This document shows, in pieces, positions 38,654 to 49,502 of a DNA stretch of 64,000 nt. Within the stretch, counting starts at the first letter, position 1, and each line of letters opens with the position of its first letter. A program made the translations under genes and the position numbers. The stretch lies in the IMG/VR virus record IMGVR_UViG_3300031539_004800, one strand, 5' to 3'. Source of the stretch: a virus. A model generated the notes under the pieces. It saw only the letters and a list, made by a program, of their open reading frames with translations, was not told the origin of the DNA and did no database searches.

Positions 38654-39057
38654 GAAAAGTGGTAACGAATAACCTGGCACAATTTAATTCGGAGATAACA
38701 CAGTTTGCCAAAAGCATTCCGGGCAAGGTCACTTTATTGCAAAAAAAGATTGTGCTTGAAGCCCTTCGAAGGCTCGTACAAAAGACCCCTGTTGATACCG
38801 GACGCGCTCGAGGGAACTGGCAGGTTACGATAGGCGAGCCTGCAGAAGGAAAGTTTGATCAGACAGACAAAAAGGGCGACGCTACGATTGCGAAGGGATT
38901 GGCTGCGTTGGCCGGACTCCCTGATATGCAAGTGGTCTGGATTTCGAACAATATCGATTACATCGAGGAACTTGAGCACGGTCATAGTGGGCAGGCCCCG
39001 GAAGGTATGCTGGCTATAACAATCGAAGAACTCAGGAATATGTTTAAGGCAGCGTAA
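38650..39057 (+). CDS. HK97 gp10-like tail completion protein
   Basis: TPVDTGRARGNW, NNIDYIEELEHGHSGQAPEGM. Confidence 0.88.
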   Translation: MRKVVTNNLAQFNSEITQFAKSIPGKVTLLQKKIVLEALRRLVQKTPVDTGRARGNWQVTIGEPAEGKFDQTDKKGDATIAKGLAALAGLPDMQVVWISNNIDYIEELEHGHSGQAPEGMLAITIEELRNMFKAA

Positions 39058-39464
39058 TGACAAAGACGGAAATTGCCAACGCGATACGCAGCCGCTTCAA
39101 GGCGCAGGTGGCGGACGTCCTGTCTTTGGCTACTCAATACGACAATCATAAGCTGGACAATCCTGACAATGCTGAATGGTGCAGGCTGACTGTCAAGTTC
39201 GGCGAAACTATTCAAAAGTCGGTAGGCAGCCCGACGGGAAACAGGGACCGGACGCCGGGGGTTATGATAGCGCAGTTGTTTGGCCCGGCGGGCAAAGGGG
39301 ATGGCGATTTGTTGGTGATAGCCGATGCGGTCATAACAGCTTTTAAGCGCGTCACGGACACCGGGGTCACGTTTGGGACCCCATCAACAGACGTTCGCGG
39401 CAGGAATGGCGCAGAGTGGCAGATTAACGTCAATTGCCCGTTCTATGCCGATGATATTGGGTAA
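39057..39464 (+). CDS. Tail terminator (DUF4128-like)
   Basis: G..IAQLFGPAGKG, WQINVNCPF. Confidence 0.8.
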   Translation: MTKTEIANAIRSRFKAQVADVLSLATQYDNHKLDNPDNAEWCRLTVKFGETIQKSVGSPTGNRDRTPGVMIAQLFGPAGKGDGDLLVIADAVITAFKRVTDTGVTFGTPSTDVRGRNGAEWQINVNCPFYADDIG

Positions 39465-39485
39465 AACAAAATCCTTTGAAAGGGA

Positions 39486-41414
39486 ATGATTATGACTGTA
39501 AGTGACATTTCACAAGTATTGCTGGCATACGCTCAGGAATCCACGTTCGGCCAGCAGGTGACTGGCTGCAATTTGCAGAAGGTGAGACTGACCGGGGAAA
39601 GCCTCAAGCAGGACACGGACATCGCCAACAGTAACGAGATCCGCCCGGACAGGCAGATTGTCGGCGTGTCGAGAACAAGGGTGGCAGTATCGGGCGGCCT
39701 GGATTTCGAATTAAGCTACGGGAGCTTCGACGATTTTCTGGCGTGCGTTTTAATGTCTGCGAACGTCAAGGCCCAGGGCCTGCTGACTCTCGATACGAAC
39801 TGTACGGGCGGTAATTCATCGCAGGGTTTGCTCTCATTGGATGTGAATCCCATCGATGGCGATACTATGACAATCGGCACGACTGTGTATCGATTCAAAA
39901 CCATTATGACCCAGGCCAATGATATTCAAATCGGTACAACTGCAGTGATTACGCAAGCGAGCGTGGTCGCCACGATCAATGGTACCGGGACCGCGGGAAT
40001 GGAATATTACACGGCAACTGTGACTCCGCATCCACTGGTTAGAATGGGGGCATTTGCTGCGAACGATTCTATCGTTACCGCAATAGCAACGGGCGTAGCG
40101 GGCGATGCGATACCGACAACAGAGACCTTCGATTCTGACTTGAATATTTTCGATGCTGTCACGCTTGGAACCGAGGCGGCCGGCGCAGACGGCGATACGA
40201 TGACAATCGACACGAAGGTTTACTACTTCGATATGAATGGTGCATTGGATAATATCGACGGCCATATCGAGGTCGGGGCGGCAACGGCGAACACCCAGGC
40301 CAGCATAGTGGAAGCCTTTGTTCTGGGCGGGACGCCCGGGACCGGATATGCCGCCCTTATGACGGCGCACCCAACGGTTACAATTGCCGCATTCGCCACA
40401 GACATTGCTGTTTTGACGGCGATGTTGCCCGGACTGGTCGGTAATGCCATTGCAACTACCGAAACATTTGCAGCGGGCACAAACGAATTTGACGCAGCGA
40501 CTCTCGGGACGACGACGGCAGGGGCGGGCTGGACGGCCCCGGTCACTGTCACTGCATCTACGATCAGCGTGGCAAGCGGTGACAGTTCTTTCAATGACTC
40601 GGGAAACGGATTCGGGAGCATAGTTGCAAACCAATGGATCAGAGCTTCAGGTTTTACGGCAGCGGCAGATAACGGCTACTTTAAGGTCGCATCGGCGACG
40701 GCTGCGAAGGTTATAGTTTACGCTACTCTTGTTACCGAAGCGGAAGGAGCCTCACGCACAATCAAGCAGGGCAGCTCTATCGTCAACGGTGTGGCAAAGA
40801 ACTCATTCAACTTCGAGCGTACATATACGGACCTGACACAAGAGCTTGCATTATTCAAGGGCTGTATGCTGAATCAGATGACCCTCACCGTCGGGACGAA
40901 CGGTATTATCACCGGCAGCTTCGGCGTGATGGGACAGATAGAGACGTCCGAGACGGCAAGCGGCGGGGACGGGTACGAGGATCCGAACGATAACGACGTT
41001 CTGAACTCCATCGACCATGTTCAGGGAGTTTACGAAAACGCAGCAGCTATCGACGTGCTCGATTGCTCCTTGACGATCAATAACAACCTGAGAGAACGCC
41101 TGAAGGTCGGGACACTTGGACCGTTTGGCTTCGGAGCGAACAGTATCAACGTCTCGGGTTCATTCACGGCCTATTACGAGAGCAAGACACTTTACGACAA
41201 ATACCTGGATTTTGACAACACTTCTCTTGCCAAGGTGTTTCAGGATGCCGACGGCAACGGTTACGTGTTCGATATGCCTGGCTTGAAGATAACGGACGGC
41301 CAGAGACATTCCGGGGCCGGCATTGGCGACGATTTCAAGGTGCCTTGCACGTTCCAGGCGTTCATGGAAGGAACGGAAGAAATTACGATTAGGATCGTTC
41401 GGTTCGCAGCATAG
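39486..41414 (+). CDS. Major tail tube protein with inserted module
   Basis: LAYAQESTFG, SNEIRPDRQ, GGLDFELSYG, VSGSFTAYYE; insert at ~39771-40527. Confidence 0.88.
   Translation: MIMTVSDISQVLLAYAQESTFGQQVTGCNLQKVRLTGESLKQDTDIANSNEIRPDRQIVGVSRTRVAVSGGLDFELSYGSFDDFLACVLMSANVKAQGLLTLDTNCTGGNSSQGLLSLDVNPIDGDTMTIGTTVYRFKTIMTQANDIQIGTTAVITQASVVATINGTGTAGMEYYTATVTPHPLVRMGAFAANDSIVTAIATGVAGDAIPTTETFDSDLNIFDAVTLGTEAAGADGDTMTIDTKVYYFDMNGALDNIDGHIEVGAATANTQASIVEAFVLGGTPGTGYAALMTAHPTVTIAAFATDIAVLTAMLPGLVGNAIATTETFAAGTNEFDAATLGTTTAGAGWTAPVTVTASTISVASGDSSFNDSGNGFGSIVANQWIRASGFTAAADNGYFKVASATAAKVIVYATLVTEAEGASRTIKQGSSIVNGVAKNSFNFERTYTDLTQELALFKGCMLNQMTLTVGTNGIITGSFGVMGQIETSETASGGDGYEDPNDNDVLNSIDHVQGVYENAAAIDVLDCSLTINNNLRERLKVGTLGPFGFGANSINVSGSFTAYYESKTLYDKYLDFDNTSLAKVFQDADGNGYVFDMPGLKITDGQRHSGAGIGDDFKVPCTFQAFMEGTEEITIRIVRFAA
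40191..40372 (+). repeat. 182-bp exact repeat, copy 2
   Basis: Identical to 28743-28924. Confidence 0.9.
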
Positions 41415-41489
41415 TCAATTTGTGAAACGACTTAACAGTGTGCGCAATTATCAGCGTTTCGTTAACAGTGGAAAGGAAAGGATTTTTGT

Positions 41490-41909
41490 ATGGCTGATAT
41501 TCAGCAACTAATGCTCGATCCCGATAAGCAGGATAAGGGCGTATGGGTTAAATATGATCTCGATACCGAACTCTTAATAGGCAATACAAATTCTCAGGAA
41601 TTTCGCAAGGCATGTTCCGATTTATTAGAGCCCTATCGCCAGAAAATTAGGACGAAAGGGATAGAGTTTACAGAGCGTGTCGAAATCATCAAGCCTGCCA
41701 TAGCAAAGCATTTGCTTAAGGGGTGGAAGAACTTGACAGAGAACGGTAAGCAGCTAAGTTTCAGCCCCAAAGAAGCTTTAAGGATATTCGAACTTCTTCC
41801 GGATATGCCTATTTTCGTTTTGGGCAGTGCAGATGAAAAAGAATGGTTCCGCAAGGAGTTTCAGAAGGCGTCGGGAAAAAACTCTGCGATTGTCTCAGGT
41901 GGCAGTTAG
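41490..41909 (+). CDS. Tail assembly chaperone (gpG-like)
   Basis: Between tube and tape measure genes; ends with a slippery site. Confidence 0.85.
   Translation: MADIQQLMLDPDKQDKGVWVKYDLDTELLIGNTNSQEFRKACSDLLEPYRQKIRTKGIEFTERVEIIKPAIAKHLLKGWKNLTENGKQLSFSPKEALRIFELLPDMPIFVLGSADEKEWFRKEFQKASGKNSAIVSGGS
41873..41879 (+). other. Programmed -1 frameshift site G GGA AAA giving a gpGT-like extension to 42208
   Basis: In-frame X XXY YYZ heptamer; the -1 frame stays open (KKLCDCLRWQ...) to 42208. Confidence 0.85.
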
Positions 41910-42212
41910 CCTGGGGCAATGATATTGAATTCCTGAAAGCTCGAAGCGAGGCGGGCAAATCGACCCCGGCCCTCGACAATATGCCGGAGCTTTACGAGGA
42001 CCTTGAGTATGTGTGGGAATCGTTTTGGCAAATCAATGAATGCAGGCAATACGGTTTCGGCCCATGTCCACTTTTGGCCGGAGAGATTATCAAAATATCA
42101 GGGCTTTATGGTATCGCTGTTGCGGACCGCCTTGAATACCTCAAGCTGATAAAGAGTATGGATAAGGTATGGTTGAATTGGGCAAGCGAGCAAAACGAGA
42201 AGGGATAATGAT

Positions 42213-44738
42213 TTGGCAGATGTAGCATCATTACGATTGAAGGTTGATTCAAGCGGCGCTCATGCCGGCGTTATGGATTTTGATAGGGCAATGTCTAAAG
42301 TATCGCGAAGCGCCAAGCGAGCCATGCTTGCCATAACGGCTTATATGGGCCTTTCGATTAAGGCATTTTCCAGCTTCGAAGAGCAAATGGCACAAGTCAG
42401 TACCATGCTAAACGAACAGACCATGAGATACATGCCGGCTTATTCGAAGGCGATAAAGGGCATGGCTATAGAATTCGGAGAAGGGACAAAAACCCTATCC
42501 GAAGGTCTGTATAACATTCTTTCGGCCTCAATTTCAGCAGATAAGGCTATCGAGGTTCTCGATGTAGCAGTCCGTTCAGCGAAGGCCGGCATAACAGATA
42601 CGGGGACAGCGACCTATGCAATAACCGGAATCTTAAATGCTTATGGTCTTGCTGCCGACAAGGCAAGTCGTGTTTCTGATATTTTGTTCAGCACTGTTTA
42701 CAAAGGACAAACAACTTTTGCTCAATTGGCTCCAGCTATAGGCCGGGTGACTGCAATATCATCAGGTGCGGGTGTGGCTCTTGAGGAAGTATCTGCCGCC
42801 TTAGCCACAATAACACGCGGCGGCATAAGCACAGATGAAGCCATAACGGGATTAAGGCAGGGCATTATTGCGCTACAGGGAAAACAGGAGCAAGCTGTTG
42901 AATTAGCAGCTAAACACGGCATTGTATTATCAACAGAAGCCCTGGCGGCCAAGGGCCTTTCTGGCGTACTGAAAGAGCTCAGCGTACTTTCCGTATCGAC
43001 TATAAATGATATGTTTACTGAGGTTGAAGCGAGAACATCAATAAGTAAACTTATTCAAGACCAGAAAGGATATCTCGATGATTATGAGCAAGCTATGAGA
43101 TCCGCAGGTATGACGCAGGAGGCGTTTGGAAAAAATACGAACATTCTCGCACAAAGATTTCGACGTCTCTGGCAACTCGTAAAGATTGTATCAGTTGAGG
43201 TTGGCGAGGAATTCGCCGGTCAAATGACTGAATTGACCGAACTCATTCTTAAGCATAAAGAAAAAATTATTGAATATGCTGAGAAGGCGGCGGATAAGCT
43301 GAGCGGATTCATTGAATTTATGCGGAATGACTGGAAGGCTGGAATAAAGCTTGGCCTCGATGTGTCGCTTGAATTGTTCAGGGGCTTTGGCAAGTCATTG
43401 ATGGTTGTGTTAGAAGATATCTTTTTGCCTCTGGGCAGCAATATCAGTATATGGGTAAAGCGAGGAATAGCACAGGGCTTAGAGCATAGACGCCTCATAA
43501 ATGAATTTCTCGCACAGATGGAATATTCAGGAGGCATAACCAAAGAAGCTGAGGCGGCTATACGTCAAAGAGCATCCCAGAAGGCTTCCGAAAAATTATC
43601 TACCGGGTACTTTCAGCCTGTTTTGGAAGAGGCTTATCCGCTTATAGAATACAAGCCTGATACTTCGAGGCTCAAGCAAATTACGCAACAGACGAAAGAT
43701 GAAATTGACCGCATATTTCAGGAGTCCGGATCAAGGGACTATACAAACCTTTCGCCTTTTCAGCAATTTGCGATGGATGCCGACAATTGGCTCGAAAAGC
43801 TTCCGGGGATTACGAGAGAAACTTTACGATATAGCGAAGCCTTAAAAGCAGTTGGTAATATTACAAAAGAAGATATACAGATAAATGACGAGGCCACAAA
43901 AGCCGCAAACGATCTGGCATATCAACGGACACGAATAACGGCGGATATGTACCGTGACATGGGAGAGTTTGGGGATGATTATTACAATGCGCAGAAGGCA
44001 CTTATCGATCTGCAATATGACGAATATTCTAAATTCATAGACGACAAAGCCCTGCTTAATAGTTGGTACTACGATCAGCTTGAAAAATTGAGTGAAGACT
44101 CTTACCAGAATGAAAAAAATTCATTGGATGACTATTTTGACGATCTTGAAAAAAGAGTGGGTGACATGCCGAAAAAGTGGGCGGATGCGGCGGCGTCCAT
44201 TGAATATTCTATGGCCAACTCTTTTGATTCAATGATTTCCGAAGGTGCAAGCTTCAAGGATGCGATGACAGGCTTTGCTCAGGATATTGGCAGAGCTTTT
44301 TCGAGGATGGCGTCACAGATGCTTGCTGAGTCAATAATGTATGGTACTCTGAGTGGGCTTGGCTTTTATGGTCCTGGCGGCGGTAGTATGATAACCGCAG
44401 GCGGATCGGCGGCGGGCGGAGGCAATCCGTATTTTCTGCACGGCGGCGGTATAGCCGGTATTGACGGTGTCAGAAAGCCGGTTCCGTTCGGGACGTTCGC
44501 GAACGCGCCGAGATTTCATTTAGGGTCCGATGAAGTGCCGGCGATCCTGCAGAGAGGAGAAAGGGTGATTCCGAAAGGGGCCGGGGGCACACAAAAAACA
44601 GATCGGCCGATTGAGGTTCACGTCAGAAGTATTATCGTGGATGACCGACGGCAAGCAATAATTGAGGAAATGAAAAGCAAAGAGGGCGAGAAAGTTTTCA
44701 TCCAACACGCAATCCGTAACCGGAATTTGTTAAGGTGA
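42213..44738 (+). CDS. Tape measure protein
   Basis: FSSFEEQMAQVST, LSEGLYNILSA, C-terminal FHLGSDEVPAILQRGERVIP. Confidence 0.93.
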   Translation: MADVASLRLKVDSSGAHAGVMDFDRAMSKVSRSAKRAMLAITAYMGLSIKAFSSFEEQMAQVSTMLNEQTMRYMPAYSKAIKGMAIEFGEGTKTLSEGLYNILSASISADKAIEVLDVAVRSAKAGITDTGTATYAITGILNAYGLAADKASRVSDILFSTVYKGQTTFAQLAPAIGRVTAISSGAGVALEEVSAALATITRGGISTDEAITGLRQGIIALQGKQEQAVELAAKHGIVLSTEALAAKGLSGVLKELSVLSVSTINDMFTEVEARTSISKLIQDQKGYLDDYEQAMRSAGMTQEAFGKNTNILAQRFRRLWQLVKIVSVEVGEEFAGQMTELTELILKHKEKIIEYAEKAADKLSGFIEFMRNDWKAGIKLGLDVSLELFRGFGKSLMVVLEDIFLPLGSNISIWVKRGIAQGLEHRRLINEFLAQMEYSGGITKEAEAAIRQRASQKASEKLSTGYFQPVLEEAYPLIEYKPDTSRLKQITQQTKDEIDRIFQESGSRDYTNLSPFQQFAMDADNWLEKLPGITRETLRYSEALKAVGNITKEDIQINDEATKAANDLAYQRTRITADMYRDMGEFGDDYYNAQKALIDLQYDEYSKFIDDKALLNSWYYDQLEKLSEDSYQNEKNSLDDYFDDLEKRVGDMPKKWADAAASIEYSMANSFDSMISEGASFKDAMTGFAQDIGRAFSRMASQMLAESIMYGTLSGLGFYGPGGGSMITAGGSAAGGGNPYFLHGGGIAGIDGVRKPVPFGTFANAPRFHLGSDEVPAILQRGERVIPKGAGGTQKTDRPIEVHVRSIIVDDRRQAIIEEMKSKEGEKVFIQHAIRNRNLLR

Positions 44739-44745
44739 AATTGAT

Positions 44746-45993
44746 ATGGCTTTCAAAATCGGATATGCAGACGGTCATAAGAATTTACTGATAGCGGTCA
44801 AGGGCTTCCTGTGCGACGCCAAGATGGCCTATGATATCGCAGCGGGTGCCAATACGGGTGATGGCTACGTCTCGGCAGAGCGGGCCAGTACGAGCCCTGT
44901 GGATGAGACCTGGACGCTTACGGCGACATCGGCTACTAACTTTACTGTCACCGGATCTGTTTCGGGGGCCCAGGCGGCGGCTACGGTCGGGACGCCTTAC
45001 GATAACGGGATAGTTGCGTTTACAATAATCGCGGGCGATACGGCGTTTGTCGCTACCGATTCGTTCACGTTCGACGTTGCCGATGGTTTGGGTGCGACCG
45101 AGTTATATACGGCCATGCGGTACGATACCGATTACGATGGCGCCGGCGGCTACGAATTGATCCTGATGGGCCCGGGCACGGCGGGGACCGATGAGATTTA
45201 CTCGGCCATTCAGACGGTCGAATCGGCTGGTGACGATTATTACAACTGGCGGATAGCCGGAATGACGAGCTATTCGGATGTTGAATTACAGTACATGCCG
45301 GGACTGACTCAGGGCAGGATGGCCCGATTGCTTTTGTGGCAGGGCAAGATTCAATACTGGCTCGTCGCCAACGGCAGGCGATTCGTTGTTGTGCCGAAAG
45401 TCTCGACGGTTTATCCTGCCGGTTATCTCGGCTTCGCTTTGCCTTACGGCCTGCCGACTCAGTTTCCGTACCCGATGGTTGTTGGCGGTGCGGCGTGTCC
45501 GGATGCAACGGTTGCTTATAATCGTTATAGTTCAGTTCATGCCAGTCATCGCGGATTTGCTAATCCTTACGCTAACGCAGCGACTGTATGTACGGCGTCA
45601 ATATTTGATACGACTCAGGATTACGCAACACTGAAGGTTTTACAGGGGACAAGCTGGATAAAAATATTTGGTAAAACAGGTTCCACATTACAGAATACAA
45701 ATATTGTATGGCCTTACAATTGTTCAGATCAATTTGAATCATATTATCAGGATGTATTCAGCACTAAATTACGAGAAAACATCGACGGAAGTTATCCAGT
45801 GTTTAATGCGGTACCGATGATAGGCAATCCGAGTAAACATATTTTCGGTCCACTTCAAGGCGTGTTTGCAGTACCGGCCTTTGGCGGGATTGCGGCCGAG
45901 GATACATTTATAATCGACGGTGACACCTATGTGGCGTTTCCTATAGTGCCAAACGCCGACAGAAGCGATTTCTGGGCATTATTACTGGAGTAA
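44746..45993 (+). CDS. Tail structural protein
   Basis: YWLVANGRRFVVV, GFALPYGLPTQFPYPMVVGG, GPLQGVF. Confidence 0.75.
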   Translation: MAFKIGYADGHKNLLIAVKGFLCDAKMAYDIAAGANTGDGYVSAERASTSPVDETWTLTATSATNFTVTGSVSGAQAAATVGTPYDNGIVAFTIIAGDTAFVATDSFTFDVADGLGATELYTAMRYDTDYDGAGGYELILMGPGTAGTDEIYSAIQTVESAGDDYYNWRIAGMTSYSDVELQYMPGLTQGRMARLLLWQGKIQYWLVANGRRFVVVPKVSTVYPAGYLGFALPYGLPTQFPYPMVVGGAACPDATVAYNRYSSVHASHRGFANPYANAATVCTASIFDTTQDYATLKVLQGTSWIKIFGKTGSTLQNTNIVWPYNCSDQFESYYQDVFSTKLRENIDGSYPVFNAVPMIGNPSKHIFGPLQGVFAVPAFGGIAAEDTFIIDGDTYVAFPIVPNADRSDFWALLLE

Positions 45994-45999
45994 TAAAAT

Positions 46000-47022
46000 A
46001 TGGGATATTACGCAGGAACATCGACGGGCCCGAATGACCTGTTGGATAAATTGCGGGTTGCATTGCTGGCCGAGGGCTGGACAGTTGATGATCATTCAGC
46101 GGTTGGTGCCGGGTATAGATTGCATGTTCATAAGACAGCGGGTGACGCAACTGTTATGTATTTCAACTTTCGTTCGGCCATTGCCGAAACCGGAGTGACT
46201 TTAATCACAGAAGATAATTACTCAGGAGCGGATGGTACGGTAACAGGTCTTATTGTCAATGGATCGACCGGGTATGATGGTGGTGAACTTTGGCATGTTC
46301 AACCGGGATATCCTGAAAATGCAGATTTAAGTGATAAATCTTTTGGCAATGTAATGTCGCCAATGTCAACAACGGCGATTCCGGCTTATTATTTCTTTTT
46401 CAACGGCGAGTCGGTCCATATCGTGGTCGAGATAACAGCGGGAAAATTCCAGTTTATGAGTTTTGGTTTGCTTGTTAAACAGGGAGCTTATACCGGCGGT
46501 CAATACTTCACGGCTTCGATGGGCAGCAGAAGACCTTGGTATGATTATCAGGGCACTTTTAATTACGATGATTCAAGGTACTTTGTTAGCGTGCCTTCAC
46601 AGACAGGAGAACTTAATGGAGCGGTATATGTAAACGTTGATAGCGTGGCAAGTTGGAGAATATCGGGCCGTGGCGGAGTAGCTCCTGCGAATGATCAAAT
46701 AATATTTCCATGTCCAAGCGCTGGTGATTATTCACCAACAAAGCATAGAGGAGGATTAGCTTCATTCTTTTATTCGCTTTCCCCGGATGCTTATAACGCG
46801 ATGTCTGCAATGTGTCCTCTTTATACGCTTCTCAGAAGAAGTGACGACAATTACTCACTGTTAGGCTGGCCGGAAGGTGTGCGATATTTGAATGTCACTA
46901 TCTATGACTCTGGCGAGGAAATAACGTACGGAGCCGAAACGTGGGTCGCATTCCATGATGATAGCTTGGAAGCGGACCCTGTAAATGTGGGTTCTGGTTT
47001 TGCGTTTTTGAAAGATGAATAA
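46000..47022 (+). CDS. Tail structural protein
   Basis: DLLDKLRVALLAEGWT, VHIVVEITAGKFQFMSFG. Confidence 0.75.
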   Translation: MGYYAGTSTGPNDLLDKLRVALLAEGWTVDDHSAVGAGYRLHVHKTAGDATVMYFNFRSAIAETGVTLITEDNYSGADGTVTGLIVNGSTGYDGGELWHVQPGYPENADLSDKSFGNVMSPMSTTAIPAYYFFFNGESVHIVVEITAGKFQFMSFGLLVKQGAYTGGQYFTASMGSRRPWYDYQGTFNYDDSRYFVSVPSQTGELNGAVYVNVDSVASWRISGRGGVAPANDQIIFPCPSAGDYSPTKHRGGLASFFYSLSPDAYNAMSAMCPLYTLLRRSDDNYSLLGWPEGVRYLNVTIYDSGEEITYGAETWVAFHDDSLEADPVNVGSGFAFLKDE

Positions 47023-48704
47023 TGGCCACATGGACAGGAATATTGACACCGCCCATTTTTGTCGAGGACACTTTGCGCTGCTCGGCAACCATTATCGACA
47101 ATACCGTAGTCAGCCCTGTGGATGTGTGTATGCTGGAGTCGGTCATTCCACTTGGATCAGTTTCGTGGCATAACTACCTGCCCGTCGAGCAGATCGAGCG
47201 GGCCCGGACGGGCACGAAGGTCGATTCCTTCCTTGACGATTACTATTACCGAATCCATGTCATGCCGGCTACGCTGCATTTCGGAGCAATAGTCACCCTG
47301 ATAACCGATGAGATTATTGTTTGGAACGCTTACTTCGTTCAAAAAACGTGCTCGGATATCGTTGAGGTAAACGGCGATGAATGGGACTTGACGGGACTGG
47401 CGACGCCTTTCAATCTTGATGCGCTCGAATACACTACGTTCACAATAGAGGTTCCGTTCGAGGGGGGCAGCCCTACGTTCGAAGGCTCGATCACGTTCGA
47501 GTTTACGGATGCGAACGATTGTATTGTTTTGCTGTCCGGGACCAGGGTGATATTGTTTCCGTGGCGTCCTCAGCGGCCGTTAAAAGAAACCCTGGCTTTC
47601 CTGACCGACGTGCTTGTCGGCAGGGACGGCTCGGAGCAGCGCATGTCTATACGGCCGATACCGCGGCAGGGCTTCCGATTTTCCGTTATGATGGAGAGCG
47701 AAAAGCAGCAGGCAAGACTCGATGCCATGCTGTTCTCGTGGCAGAAACGTTCTTTCGGGCTTCCGGTGTGGCCTGAGCTGGTTGTGCATACCGGGGCGAT
47801 CAATGCTACCGATATGGCTATCACGGTCGATACGACAAATGCCGACTTCAGAGACGACAGCCTGGCCGCCATCTGGCAGTCCGAGGATAGTTGCGAAGTG
47901 GTCCAGGTCGATACGGTTGCCGAGGGAAGCCTTACGCTGTCGAACCCGGTACAGAATACGTTTACAGGCACTAAGCTCATAATGCCTGTACGGACCGCAC
48001 AGATGGACGCTTCGAGCAAACGCAAGGGACATTCGACGGGGCTGGCCGTCTCTGATTTTTCGTTTGCGGTCAAGGACAATATTCTGCTGACGGGCTTCAC
48101 GCCGGCGACTACCTACAAGGGCCTGCCGGTTCTTACCGAGGCAACGGCCGTCGATCCGACTCAAAGCAAATCATCCGATGCCGATGCTTATCTGCAGGAC
48201 TATAAGGCGGGCGATTTCGACTTCTTTTCGGACAGCGATTTCAATATCTACATTCAGTCCCATTTGTTTCACAAGGACACGAAGGCCGCTTGCTGGGATT
48301 TCCGGAAATTCATTCATTCGCTGCTCGGGCAGCAGGGAACGTTTTACGTGGCGACACACAAGGAAGATATGGTCCTTGCGGAAGGGTTCGGGGCGGCCGA
48401 TACGAGCTTTAACATCGAGAACATCGGGCTTGCCGACAATATGGGCGTCAATGATTTGCGGACCGATATCGCCTTCATATTTCCGGACGGCACGCAGCTT
48501 TACAGGGAGGTCACGGGGATAGTCAAATCGGGGGCCGTGGAGATCATATCAATCGACAGCGATCTGGATATGGCGGTGGAGCCGGGCGATTGCGTGATAT
48601 CCTGGCTGGACAAGCTGAGGCGGGCGGGCGATGAGGTAGAGTTTGTTTGGAATGGGGCTCATGAGCTTGTCTGCGATACGCAGCTACATGCGGTGAAGGC
48701 ATGA
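47022..48704 (+). CDS. Distal tail-type protein
   Basis: DYYYRIHV, ETLAFLTDV..G.DGSEQR, GQQGTFYV. Confidence 0.75.
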   Translation: MATWTGILTPPIFVEDTLRCSATIIDNTVVSPVDVCMLESVIPLGSVSWHNYLPVEQIERARTGTKVDSFLDDYYYRIHVMPATLHFGAIVTLITDEIIVWNAYFVQKTCSDIVEVNGDEWDLTGLATPFNLDALEYTTFTIEVPFEGGSPTFEGSITFEFTDANDCIVLLSGTRVILFPWRPQRPLKETLAFLTDVLVGRDGSEQRMSIRPIPRQGFRFSVMMESEKQQARLDAMLFSWQKRSFGLPVWPELVVHTGAINATDMAITVDTTNADFRDDSLAAIWQSEDSCEVVQVDTVAEGSLTLSNPVQNTFTGTKLIMPVRTAQMDASSKRKGHSTGLAVSDFSFAVKDNILLTGFTPATTYKGLPVLTEATAVDPTQSKSSDADAYLQDYKAGDFDFFSDSDFNIYIQSHLFHKDTKAACWDFRKFIHSLLGQQGTFYVATHKEDMVLAEGFGAADTSFNIENIGLADNMGVNDLRTDIAFIFPDGTQLYREVTGIVKSGAVEIISIDSDLDMAVEPGDCVISWLDKLRRAGDEVEFVWNGAHELVCDTQLHAVKA

Positions 48705-49495
48705 CATACGAAGATTACGAACAATCCGCAGCGGAAGGCAGGCCGGTAGAGCTGTTCGATATCGCTATGGGGCTTACGCATTGGCGAATCACCAGCGGTC
48801 CCGAGGACAAAGAATTTCTCGGCCATACCTACGAATTTGTGACATGCAAGCAAAGCGAAATAGAGCAGACGGGCGAAATACCGAAGGACGGCGTCGAGTT
48901 AAAATTGCCGAAAGGTCACGCGCTCGGGGCTATATGCGTCGCCGGCGTTCCGGAAGAGGAAGTTACACTGACAAGCTACAGGGGACACAGCACATTTTTT
49001 ACAACTTGTTTCAGGGGGTTTTTGACTAACGTGAAATTCGACGGCAACGCCGTGCCCACGTGTTATTTCGAGCCGAGAAGTTCGGACCTGCCTTTCGTCG
49101 GCGGCCGCAGGCGGTGCATGAGGCTCTGCGGTCATAAGCTGTTCGGCTATCGCTGCGGACTCAACAAAGAAGCGTACAAGATCATCGATACGATCGATAC
49201 GATAGATGGGATTACTATTACGGCGACGGAGTTCGGGGCAAGCGCGTATGATTTCGGTCACGGCGGCGAAATCGTGGTCGGCTCGGCCAGGCGGACAATC
49301 ATTTCGCATACGGGGGTTACCATAACGATTAACCGGCCGTTCGGCTCGGCCGTTGCGGCGGGCGATGAGTTTTCGGCGTACCCCGGCTGCGAGCATACGC
49401 CGACAGCTTGTGAAGCTTATTCAAACAAACCAAATTACGGCGGCCAGGAATTTCTGCCGGCGAAGAATCTTTACGCCGGCAATCTGATTTACTGA
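48701..49495 (+). CDS. Baseplate hub protein (DUF2163/BR0599-like)
   Basis: RRCMRLCGHKLFGYRCGL, YPGCEHT..AC..YSN..NYGG. Confidence 0.85.
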   Translation: MTYEDYEQSAAEGRPVELFDIAMGLTHWRITSGPEDKEFLGHTYEFVTCKQSEIEQTGEIPKDGVELKLPKGHALGAICVAGVPEEEVTLTSYRGHSTFFTTCFRGFLTNVKFDGNAVPTCYFEPRSSDLPFVGGRRRCMRLCGHKLFGYRCGLNKEAYKIIDTIDTIDGITITATEFGASAYDFGHGGEIVVGSARRTIISHTGVTITINRPFGSAVAAGDEFSAYPGCEHTPTACEAYSNKPNYGGQEFLPAKNLYAGNLIY

Positions 49496-49502
49496 GAATT
49501 TT

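Noticed and set aside
28743-40372. Diversity-generating retroelement TR/VR pair
   Set aside because: No reverse transcriptase is present, the core block is identical, and flanking differences are mostly synonymous rather than adenine-specific.
41843-42208. Independent gene or novel recoding event
   Set aside because: It is explained by the well-known tail-chaperone -1 frameshift.
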